A program made the translations under genes and the position numbers. Below are positions 35,651-44,931 of a stretch of DNA of 64,000 nucleotides, piece by piece. Position 1 is the first letter of the stretch. The number at the start of each line of letters is the position of its first letter. The notes beneath the pieces were generated by a model. That model had not been told where the DNA came from. It did not search any database and saw nothing but the letters and a program-made list of their open reading frames with translations. Source of the DNA: an uncultured Chloroflexia bacterium (GTDB taxonomy: Bacteria > Chloroflexota > Chloroflexia > Thermomicrobiales > JALYUS01); NCBI GenBank assembly GCA_963847195.1, contig CAWJZC010000027.1, positions 115,323-179,322 on the forward strand. Reading direction: 5' to 3'.

Positions 35651-36497
35651 TCATGGCCGCGACTGGGGGAGCGGGGCAGGCGGCGATCCGCCGATCGGCG
35701 AATCCGACGGGCGCGCCTGCGGTAGTGGGCTCGTACCCGACGCGGGCGACCCGGTCGGCTGCGGCGGCGGCACCGCCTTCACGACGGCGATCGTGAGGGC
35801 GACCGCGTTCGTCACGCCGCCGAATGCGTCGACGACGGCGACGGTACCCGCCTGCGCGACGAGGATCGCCGGGATCACCGCCGTCAGATGCGTCGGGGAG
35901 ACGAACGTTTTCGTCAGATGCGTGCCCCCGAGCACGACGGTCGCGCCCTTGGTGAAGCTTGTCCTCGTCACCGGCGTCGAGCGTGAAGCCCTGCTCCAGC
36001 CCGCGCGGGCAGTTTGCGTACCACTCCATCATCTCATCGCGCCGGTACTCGACGCGCGCCGACGCCGACAGTGGGCGCGAGATCGGCAAGCGGGAGACTG
36101 CCCGCCTCGGTGGTGATCGCCGCCGCGCGAAGCGTCCATGCGGCGTTGCCCGCCGGCGCGACGCGCATGCCATTGGCAGCGAAGGTCGTGTCGGACCGCT
36201 GCGCGGGGTTCGCCGCGCGCACAATGTCGGGTGCAGCCGCGACGGCGGTGTACTCCGGTGCATCATCCGCCGCGAGCGCGGCACGGAGCGCAGGGATGAC
36301 CGCTGGTGGGAGCGTCTGTGTCGTGGGCACCATTTGCGGCGTCTCTACCCTCGGGTGGGAAAGGGCAGTATCGGGTGTTCGCGTACCAGCATGACGCCAC
36401 TATTGAGGAGCGGCATGAGCACCATCATCGCCGCGATCCACCAACATACGCGCCGGTAGCGACCGATCGGTGCAAACGCGAGTACCTGAGCGGACAT
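35651..36497 (-). pseudogene. Fragmented secreted-protein gene (signal peptide, N-terminal domain seen in FG-GAP/beta-propeller proteins, IPT/TIG-like domain, Pro-rich tail)
   Basis: RBS-ATG plus signal peptide; VEYRR..EWYANCPRGLEQGFTL; TSFTKGATVVLGG..TFVSPTHLTAVIPA in three or more frames. Confidence 0.5.
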
Positions 36498-36696
36498 CGA
36501 GATTCCTTTCGCAACACAAAGCGGGCGGATGCGCCGAGGACCAGCCGGGTGCAGGGCTGGAAATCCAGACATCTGCGTCCGGCGGGTGCTCGGACTTCGC
36601 TCAGAGTACGCGTTGTGCGCGGGCGCCATCATCCGCGTAACTACGCAGTTTTGCTGCACATGTGCGGCGTGTGGAAGTGTGCGTAGTGCAAAATGA

Positions 36697-39677
36697 CTAC
36701 GTAGATGGCAGGTCAGCTAGTCCGTGATGGATGGCGAACGCCGTGGCATCGGCACGCCCACGCGCGTTGGTCTTGACGTAAATATTGTTGAGGTGGCGCT
36801 CGGCCGTGCGGACGCTCATGCCAAGTGCATCGCCGATGGCCCGGTTGCTGTAGCCGGCCGCGAGGAATCGAATTACTTCGATCTCTCGCTGTGTGAGGCC
36901 GGTTGGGTGCGTCGCAGACCGTGCCGCCACGCGCGCCCCGAGTGCATCGATACGGGCGAGCGTCGGCTTTGCGCCCAGCGCGCTGGCAAGCGCACGGGCG
37001 CTATCGAGGAGCGCGCGGGCTTCCGCGCGGGCGCCCATCACCGCGTGCAGTTCGGCTTGCGCGAGAATGGTGAGTGATCGCTCAAATGGCACGGCGCAGG
37101 AGACGGCGAGCGCGAGCGACGTCTCGAAGTGTGCTGCGGCCCGGTCAAAGTCTCGAGCGTCAGTCGCAAGTTCGCCAAGGAGCCTGTGCGCTCTGAGTAG
37201 GACAAGGGGTTGCCGCGGTTGTTGCGCCGCCGCCACCGCATCGAGCGCACGCGATTCCGCCTCCCCGCGATTCCCCATATCTCGGTGGTATGCCGCCCAG
37301 CCGAGATGCCCATCTGCCTGGCCGAGCACGCCAGTGTTCCATGCCAGCCAACGATCATGGGCTGTCAGCCATGCGAACGCCTCGGTCGTGTCGCGCACGT
37401 CCATTGCGAGGGCGGCGGCAAGTCGCAGGAGGGGAAGCGTATAGGCGAACACGAGCGTCCCCGGTTCCGTCGCGGGGCCGTCCGGGAGCATTTGGCGCAC
37501 CACTGCGCGGGCCCGCTCGGCATCGCCCTGTTCATGGCTTAGCGGGCCGAGGACACTGGCGCCTAATTGGCGGGTTGCGGGGAGCGGGCGGGCAAAGAGA
37601 TCCTCCGCGAGGGGGCGCGCCTCATCCCAATCGCCATGGACAACGAGCAGCGGCAGCCGGACCACACGCGGAATGGGCTGATAACCCGAGCCGGTATCCC
37701 GCTGCCATGCCTCTTCACCCGCCGCCGCTATCGCCTCGCAATACGCGGTATCGTCGAGTAGATACGGGACAAGCAGCGTCGTCAGTGTATAGAGCGCCGT
37801 AAATCCTATGCCAAGGTCTGCCCCCGCGCGCGCATATGCGGCGCTGCTCCGGATATACGCGGCTCGTGCCGTCTCTACGTCGCCGAGGATGCTGTGCGCG
37901 ATCCCCAGTCCTGTCGCCTCTGTACCGATGGCAGTGTCGCTCGTGCCCTCATCTCCCGCCTGTGCGATGCTCCGCTCGAACGTATCGGCATGGTGTACCG
38001 CCTCGCGTGCCCGCCCGCTCCATGCGAGGTAATGCGTTAGGAAGCCGTGGCAATCCGCAACGGTCGTGACCGGATAGCGATCGATGCGCGCTCGCTCATC
38101 GGCGGTTAGGCTGTCGAGCAGATCGATCCCCGTTATCATCTCGGTCAGTGCTTGTTGCAAGTCGCCGCCCAAGTAACGGTTCGATCCGTGCTGGAAGGTT
38201 GCGCCCGCTCGTAACGCACGATCGTCGATCGTCGCGGCGATGCGGAGTGATTCTTCCAGGTGCGCGTTCGCCGCACGCAGATCGGAAAAGCGAAGCCCGA
38301 GCGCGAGGCGGTACAGGAGCCAGCCGCGCTGCGGGTTGGCATCCTCCCCGGAGGCGTCCAACATATCGAGGGCGGCGCGGAATCGACCGTGCGCCGTCAC
38401 CCAAGCAAATGCGTCCATCGCTTGTTCACCGGCGCGTATTAGCCATTCGGTCGCGCGTGGGTCTCCAGCCTGCATGAGATGGTCAGCCACCATATTGGCA
38501 TTGGGCGCGCGGTTCGCGAGAAGAGCGTCTGCGATCTCGCGATGCCAGACCCGCCGTCGTGCGGTGAGGAGGTCCTCGAGGAGCGCCTCACGGATGAGGG
38601 CATGCACGAAACGGACAGCCCTGCCGCCGGCGCGCTCCTCCAGGATGCGCGCCGACACTGCATACTCCATGAGATGGAGGAGGGCATGATCGCTCGCTCC
38701 ACTGACCGTTTGCCACAGATCAAGCGGCACTTCGTGGCCGATAACGGCGGCGATCGAAAGGAGGCGTCGCGCCTCGGCGCTTGATCGCGGGAGATGCGCG
38801 TCGATCACTTGCCGGAGGAGGGGGGGATGCGCGCCGTACGCAAATCACCGAGCGCCCAGGCATTCGCGCCCCTGCGGAGTATGCCCTCATCACGCAGCGC
38901 ATGAAGCACTTCGGTCATGAAGAACGGATTGCCCTCCGTGCGCGCATGGAGATCGTCGGCGAGCGCCGCCGCATCACGATCCGGCAGCGCGAAGCGACGG
39001 GCCACATATTCAAGGAGATCGGCCTTCGTCAGGCGATCGAGAACGATACGATCCGCGTCGGCTTCGCGCACGAGCAGGGGAACGACCACATTAAGTGCGT
39101 GCTCGTGCGACAAATGATCGGAACGATATGCGGCGATGATCAGGACTGGTAACGTGTGCAGTTGGCGCGCGAGGCGGCGCAACAGATCGAGGCTTTCCGG
39201 GTCGCTCCAATGGAGGTCATCAAGGATCAGCACCACCGGATGCCGTGCGGCGATCACCTGGACGAAATCATATACCTGACGGAACAGCGTCACTTGATTC
39301 GGAATCGCTCCCATACCATCAGGGCGCGCAAACGCGGGAGGAACGCTAGGGAGCGTGCTCGGCCGCTCGCCCAGCGCATACCGGGCAAAGAGATCCGTCC
39401 ATAGGCCATACGGCGCCGTCTCGGTACGGTCGTAGCAGCGACCGGTCAGCACGATCGCGCCCCGGCCCATCGCGTGTTGCCCGATCGCGGCGGCGAGTGA
39501 CGTTTTACCAATGCCTGCTTCGCCACTCAGAAGGATCAAGGTGCCGACGCCGCTGAACGTCGCGTCGAGGCGTTCGCGGAGTCGGTCGAATTCGCGCTCT
39601 CGTCCAACGAGAGGCGGCGACCCGTCAGGAGCCACACCAATACCACGCGCAGAGAGCGTCACACTTCTATCCCGCAT
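36697..39677 (-). CDS. MalT/LAL-type regulator: STAND AAA ATPase, TPR region, LuxR HTH (frameshift near 38805)
   Basis: LVGRERE, GEAGIGKTSL, ILDDLHWSD, RTEGNPFF, FVHALIRE, GLTQREIEVIRFLAAGYSNRAI..SVRTAERH. Confidence 0.9.
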
Positions 39678-39865
39678 TACATCCGATGACAAAATGCCGC
39701 CACACAAATATTAGAACGTGAAAAGTGAGCAATGTGTGACGCCCACCTCGCCTCATCGGCCTCGGTGCGAGCGCGATGCATCTCGCCCCGCGAACCTTTC
39801 AAATGTACTCGTTCTGATCAGGCGCCACCTGGGATGAACGCAGTTGCTCATGCGCGTGGAACTGC

Positions 39866-40606
39866 CTACTTCCCGGCGTGCGGCACCGGCAAGGCATCGT
39901 GTTCGTCGCTCTCGGCGGCGTTCTCGTCTTCGTTGGCGGCGCGGTGTTCCTCGTCGGAATGCGGGCTGAATGAGGCGGGTTGCTGGTAGCCGCGCACGCT
40001 CGCGCCATAGGGTCGCGGGGCGTATCCGCCGGTGGGGGGCGTGCGCGCGGCCGGCACGACGCCCTCGGGCCGCGCATAACCCTGCCGGGGCGGCAGGTCC
40101 GCGCGGGCGAACTGGGCGACGTTCGCCTCGAGGTCGATGAACTGATCCGCGATGTCCATCAGGTCGGTCGCGGCCTGGCGGGGCGTCGCGGCCACCTCGA
40201 TACGCAGGCCGGCATTCTGCGCGGCATCGACGAGATTGACGAAGTCGCCATCGCCGCTGACGACGATCGCCACGTCGATGTGCGGCGCTTGCGTGAGCAG
40301 ATCGATGGCAAGCTCCATATCGAGGTTCGCCTTCGTGCTGCCATCCTCAAAACGGCGGAGCGCCTTCGTCTTGACGCGGAAGCCGTTGCGCTTCAGCCAG
40401 GTGATGAAACTGTGGCTGCTCTCGTCCTCGGGGTTGTAGCCCAGATAAGCGTAGGCGCGGTGCAATCGCCGCCCCGACGTGAGGAAGTCGAGCAGGCGGG
40501 CGTAATCGATGCGGATGCCCATATCCCGCGCCGCGAAATAGAGGTTCGACATATCAAAAAAAATTGCGATCCGATCTGCCTCATCGTGCCGGCGTGACGC
40601 GCGCAT
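39866..40606 (-). CDS. NYN-domain (LabA/DUF88, PIN-like) protein with disordered C-terminal tail
   Basis: IFFDMSNLY, KANLDMELAID, VSGDGDF, ADQFIDL. Confidence 0.92.
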   Translation of the reverse strand: MRASRRHDEADRIAIFFDMSNLYFAARDMGIRIDYARLLDFLTSGRRLHRAYAYLGYNPEDESSHSFITWLKRNGFRVKTKALRRFEDGSTKANLDMELAIDLLTQAPHIDVAIVVSGDGDFVNLVDAAQNAGLRIEVAATPRQAATDLMDIADQFIDLEANVAQFARADLPPRQGYARPEGVVPAARTPPTGGYAPRPYGASVRGYQQPASFSPHSDEEHRAANEDENAAESDEHDALPVPHAGK

Positions 40607-40763
40607 GGAGAAACCCCTTTCAATCAGCCAATCTACAAAGCACACCCGACAGGCAACGCCTGACCGTCAACCATTGCAAGAAGTGCGTCCGTTGCGTTTT
40701 CAACCCTCTCCGTCGTCGCGATAGTCTATCACGCCCTTTGCCGCTCAAACAAACCGTACAGCA

Positions 40764-43079
40764 TCAACTATCCGCGGCAACGAGATGGCGCCATGCTTCA
40801 TTGATTCCCTCGTCGCCCACCGCGTAGAAGAAGCGAATGTCGCCGTTCTCCCGGTAAGCCAGGTTGTACCGGCGGACGCCGTCGCGCACGGCGCTGCCGA
40901 CGTAGCCGAGATCGCCCTCCCAGGTGATGCTCTCCGGTTCCGGTACGCCGCCCTCGCGCTCCATGATCGCCTGCCGCCACAATCGCCGCGCGGACTTGCG
41001 GGTGACGTTCTCGGCGACCCTGCCGGAGCGGAGGTCGCGCATCGTGTAGAACCGCTCGCCGTCCCGCTCCTCGACGGAGAGAATTTCCACTCCCGCCTTC
41101 GGGATCACCGCCGGTTCGCTGCCGTTCCGGCTGACAGGCGGGGTGGTTGCGCCGACGGGCATCGCCCGCTCCTCGATGACGCGCGCCACCAATGGCGCTG
41201 GCGCCGCTTCCGCCTCCGCTGGTGCGTCAGTCTTGGCCGGTCGGCGGGTACGGCGGCGGGGCCGTGGCTTCGGCGCTTCCGCAACCGGCTGCTCCGCTGG
41301 CGCATCGGGGGCGCTCACTGGCTCGGGCGCCGCAGACGGTTCGCTGGCAGCCGGTAGCGCGACGGGAGCGAGCGCCGCGATGACCACATCGTCTGGCACA
41401 GGCGAAGCGGTTTCGACGGGCGGGGCGGCTTCCGCAACTTCCGCAGGCGGTTCCAGATCGTAGACTGGGTGAACTTCCTCCGCTGACGCGGGTTCGCCCA
41501 GCGCCCCTGTTTGCGTTTCTTCGCTCTCGGCCGGTTTGCGCGCTGGTGACCGCCGCCGACGGGGGCGACGCTCCGGTCGCGGCGCGGACTGTGCTTCCTC
41601 GATTGGCGTATCCGCGCTGTCGGTTGCCTGGTTGTCGGCTCCCTGCGCCTCGTCCGATTCGTCGTCCTCATCCGGCGCCTGGCGCGGCGCGGTCCACGCG
41701 CGCTCGCGCGTCAAATCGACAGCGGGGAGCGTATCGGACGCCGCCGCCTCGCGGACCAACTGGACGATCTCATCACGCAAGGCGATAACCGTCTCGCTCT
41801 CCTGCCGCACGAACACTTGCCCGGCGTCCGTCGCATAGGGGGTGTTCAGGCCCTTCGGGATGGTGACGACGAGAATCGGCTTGCCGCCGCTCGCCTCGAC
41901 ATCGACGGTCACGTCCAGCTTCGGCACGACGCTCCGTGCCAGGGCGTCGCGCAGGCCGCGTGCCGCTTCGTCCGGGGCCGGCACACCGACGACCGGCTGC
42001 GTCGGGCTCGCATTCATGCCGACGTAGATCGTGCCGCCGTTCGTGTTCGCGAAGGCGACGACATCTTTGAGGATTGGGCGGTACCGGCTGCGGCGGCTGC
42101 GTACCTGCTCGTGGAAGGACTGGACAATCGACGGGCCCTGCTCGCGCGCCGCCTGCACGGCGTCGTAGGGCGTGGCGGTCACCGGCTGGTACGGGCGAAT
42201 GCGCGCGAAGTCCTCCGAGACGAAGAGTGCAAGGAGTGCGGGGAAGGAGCGCTCCGGCAGGAGTACTTCGGTGGCGCGGTCGCCGATGCCGAGATCGGTG
42301 TCGCGGTGCGCGCCCTCACGGGAGAGACGGTGCGCATCCGAGCCCTGGATGCAGTGCATCCGGCGCGGATATTCGGGCTTCGCGCCGTTGAAGAAGCTCG
42401 CCGTGGCGCGGCGCGTCATGTCGTCGAGGTCGGTCACTTCGAGCGCGTGGATATAGGGCGACTGCGTATAGGCGATCTTCGTCTGCCCACCGAAGCGGAA
42501 ACCCTGCATCGCCACGCCATGTGTCGAGTTGACGTGCGCCGGGATGACGAGGCCGCCATGCTCGTTGATGATCTCGTAGGCATTGAGGACATCGGCCGTT
42601 GCGCCGACCTGGCCGCTGCCCATCTCCATCTGATCTTCCGGCACATCGAGCATGAGGAGCAGGTGTTCGAGCCGCCGCACCGTCGTCTCCGGCGGGAAGA
42701 TGCCGAGGATGTGGAAGCCGAACGCAGCGGTGAACTCGAAGCCGGGCAGGACGAGCATTTTGCCGAGCAGGCGGCGATATTCTTCGAGGATTTTCCACTC
42801 CGCCGGCGTGAGGCGGTTCAATTCTTCGAGTAATTCGAGGTCTTCGATTTCGCGCCGCATGGCGGCGATACCGCTGACGCTGTTATGGTCCGTGAAGGCG
42901 ATGATGTCGAGGCCGCGCCCCTCCGCCTTCTGCAGTATCTCCAGATAGGTGGCGGCGAGGTCCTGGTAATCTGCCGACGCGGGTGTATGGAGATGCAGAT
43001 CCATACGGAACCACGTCATCTCCTGCGCGTCGCGCGTCTGGTGGCCGCGTCCACCCCTTCCGCGTCGTGTCCGTGACAT
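40764..43079 (-). CDS. Multidomain protein: PHP phosphoesterase, Schlafen/AlbA_2 domain, low-complexity linker, small C-terminal domain
   Basis: DLHLHTPAS, FTDHN, PGFE, FHIL, PAHV, GSDAH; DVVAFANTNGGTIYVG..VVGV..VVTIPKG..VFVRQESET. Confidence 0.85.
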   Translation of the reverse strand: MSRTRRGRGGRGHQTRDAQEMTWFRMDLHLHTPASADYQDLAATYLEILQKAEGRGLDIIAFTDHNSVSGIAAMRREIEDLELLEELNRLTPAEWKILEEYRRLLGKMLVLPGFEFTAAFGFHILGIFPPETTVRRLEHLLLMLDVPEDQMEMGSGQVGATADVLNAYEIINEHGGLVIPAHVNSTHGVAMQGFRFGGQTKIAYTQSPYIHALEVTDLDDMTRRATASFFNGAKPEYPRRMHCIQGSDAHRLSREGAHRDTDLGIGDRATEVLLPERSFPALLALFVSEDFARIRPYQPVTATPYDAVQAAREQGPSIVQSFHEQVRSRRSRYRPILKDVVAFANTNGGTIYVGMNASPTQPVVGVPAPDEAARGLRDALARSVVPKLDVTVDVEASGGKPILVVTIPKGLNTPYATDAGQVFVRQESETVIALRDEIVQLVREAAASDTLPAVDLTRERAWTAPRQAPDEDDESDEAQGADNQATDSADTPIEEAQSAPRPERRPRRRRSPARKPAESEETQTGALGEPASAEEVHPVYDLEPPAEVAEAAPPVETASPVPDDVVIAALAPVALPAASEPSAAPEPVSAPDAPAEQPVAEAPKPRPRRRTRRPAKTDAPAEAEAAPAPLVARVIEERAMPVGATTPPVSRNGSEPAVIPKAGVEILSVEERDGERFYTMRDLRSGRVAENVTRKSARRLWRQAIMEREGGVPEPESITWEGDLGYVGSAVRDGVRRYNLAYRENGDIRFFYAVGDEGINEAWRHLVAADS

Positions 43080-43184
43080 GCTGCTGTGCGTCGCTCCTGC
43101 TGCACGCGCCGTCCGCGTGGCGAAAAGGCCAATCCGGCCCGCGCACGATTGTCGCATACGCCCTTGCGCACGGCAAACCGGGCG

Positions 43185-43239
43185 GAATCCTGGCCCCCGG
43201 TCCCTTCCCTGCGAGGGAAGGGACGGGGGGCCAGGATTC
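43185..43239. repeat. REP-like hairpin in the divergent promoter region
   Basis: gaatcctggccccc..tcccttccct-gcg-agggaaggga..gggggccaggattc. Confidence 0.7.
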
Positions 43240-43351
43240 TCACGTGCGACGGTCCACATACCCTCATCCATGGCCTATGGGCGCGACAGACGAGGCGCAC
43301 GTACGGTAGAGTACCTGCGATGTGGTGGCGGACGATCCACAAGCGGGAGCG

Positions 43352-43993
43352 ATGATGCGGGAAGATTCTTTGGACCTCACGGCGTTTCTCGACCGGCTGG
43401 CCTCAAACGTACCGACGCCCGGTGGCGGGGCGGCGTCCGCGCTCGTCGGCGCGCTCGGGGCGGCGTCGGTCGCCAAAGTGGCGGCGGTGAGCGTCGGCAA
43501 GCCGAAATTCGCGGCGCACGACGAGGATCTGCGCGGTCGCCTCGATGCATTGCTGGCGGTACGCCAGCGCTTCATCGCGCTCGCCGCTGAGGACGAGGCG
43601 GCCTTCGCCACCTATATGTCCGCCCTCCGGTTGCCGCGCGGGAGCGACGAGGAACGCGCGGCGCGGGCCGCCGCCCTCCAGGAAGGGATGCGACAGGCGG
43701 CTGCCGTGCCGTTGCGGATCATGGCCGCCGCGCGGGAGGTGCTGGAAGCGGCTGAGGTAATCGCGGTGATCGGCAACCCGACCGCACTCGGCGACTGCGG
43801 CGCGGGTGCGACGATGGCGGTGGCGGCGATGCGCACCTCGCTCCTCAATGTCACGGCGAACATCGCGGGCCTCGTCGATGGCGCGGAGGTCGCGGGCTAC
43901 CGGGCGCAGTTGCACGATCTGATGGGTGATGTCGATACACGCGAGCGCGCGCTACTGGAGGCGGTTCGTCGCCGTCTCGCGGGTGAGGAATAG
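43352..43993 (+). CDS. fchA: Cyclodeaminase/cyclohydrolase family protein (FTCD_C; FchA-like)
   Basis: FLDRLASNVPTPGGGAASAL.GALG, DEAAF, VPL, GNPTALGD, SLLNVTANI. Confidence 0.88.
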   Translation: MMREDSLDLTAFLDRLASNVPTPGGGAASALVGALGAASVAKVAAVSVGKPKFAAHDEDLRGRLDALLAVRQRFIALAAEDEAAFATYMSALRLPRGSDEERAARAAALQEGMRQAAAVPLRIMAAAREVLEAAEVIAVIGNPTALGDCGAGATMAVAAMRTSLLNVTANIAGLVDGAEVAGYRAQLHDLMGDVDTRERALLEAVRRRLAGEE

Positions 43994-44908
43994 ATGGCTC
44001 TCGCACCGTCCGCATCGCAGGCCGTGACCGAATCGGGATGCCGCCTCCTGCTGGGCAAGCCGGTCGCCGCCGCGATCACCGAGGAGGTTCGCACGGGCGT
44101 CGCCGCCTTCATCGCGCGCTACGATGTCGTGCCCGCGCTCGCCGTGATGACCGTCGGCCCGACGCCCGCCGCCGAGCGGTATACCGAGACGCTCCGCAAG
44201 CAGTCGGCGGCGGTCGGGCTCGCCTTCGAGCGCGTCGCCCTCGACCCGGACGCCGATGAAGCGACCGTCCGCGAGCGGATTATCGACCTTAACCACACCT
44301 CGAACATCGCCGGTATTCTCGTGCAGATGCCGCTGCCGCCGCACCTGCCGCCTACGCTTGTCGGGGCGACCCTCGACCCCTATAAGGATGTGGATGGCAT
44401 CACGGCGGTCAATGCGGGGCGGCTCTCGCTCGGTGTGCCGGGACTCTTCCCGAGCACACCGCTCGGTGGCGTCGCGCTCCTCGATCACTACGGCATTCCG
44501 ATAGCGGGGATGCACGCCGTCGTCGTCGGTCGCTCGAACGTCGTCGGTCGCCCGCTCGCGCAACTGCTGCTGCGCGAGGATGCGACGGTGACGATTGCGC
44601 ATTCGCGCACGCCGGACCTGGGGGCACAGACGCGCGCCGCCGATATTCTCGCGGTCGCGGTCGGGCGGGTGGGCTTCATCACACCGGAGATGGTGAAGCC
44701 GGGCGCGGTCGTTATCGACTTCGGCACCACCTTTACGGAGGCCGGCCTGCGCGGCGATGTCGCGCCGGAAGTTGCCACCGTCGCGTCCGCATTGACGCCC
44801 GTACCGGGTGGCACGGGGCCGGTGACGAACGCGATCCTCCTACGCAATACGCTGCGCGCCGCCGAGGAGATGATGGCCTCCCGGCAGAGCTCGGGCTTGC
44901 ACGACTGA
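43994..44908 (+). CDS. folD: Methylenetetrahydrofolate dehydrogenase (FolD family)
   Basis: GILVQMPLP, KDVDG, PSTPLG, VVGRSNVVGRP, ATVTIAHSRT, TPVPGGTGPVT. Confidence 0.93.
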   Translation: MALAPSASQAVTESGCRLLLGKPVAAAITEEVRTGVAAFIARYDVVPALAVMTVGPTPAAERYTETLRKQSAAVGLAFERVALDPDADEATVRERIIDLNHTSNIAGILVQMPLPPHLPPTLVGATLDPYKDVDGITAVNAGRLSLGVPGLFPSTPLGGVALLDHYGIPIAGMHAVVVGRSNVVGRPLAQLLLREDATVTIAHSRTPDLGAQTRAADILAVAVGRVGFITPEMVKPGAVVIDFGTTFTEAGLRGDVAPEVATVASALTPVPGGTGPVTNAILLRNTLRAAEEMMASRQSSGLHD

Positions 44909-44931
44909 GCGGACGAGGAAGGAAACGGATC

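Noticed and set aside
43240-43351. ZTP (pfl) or THF riboswitch upstream of the folate operon
   Set aside because: The conserved aptamer motifs are not recognisable.
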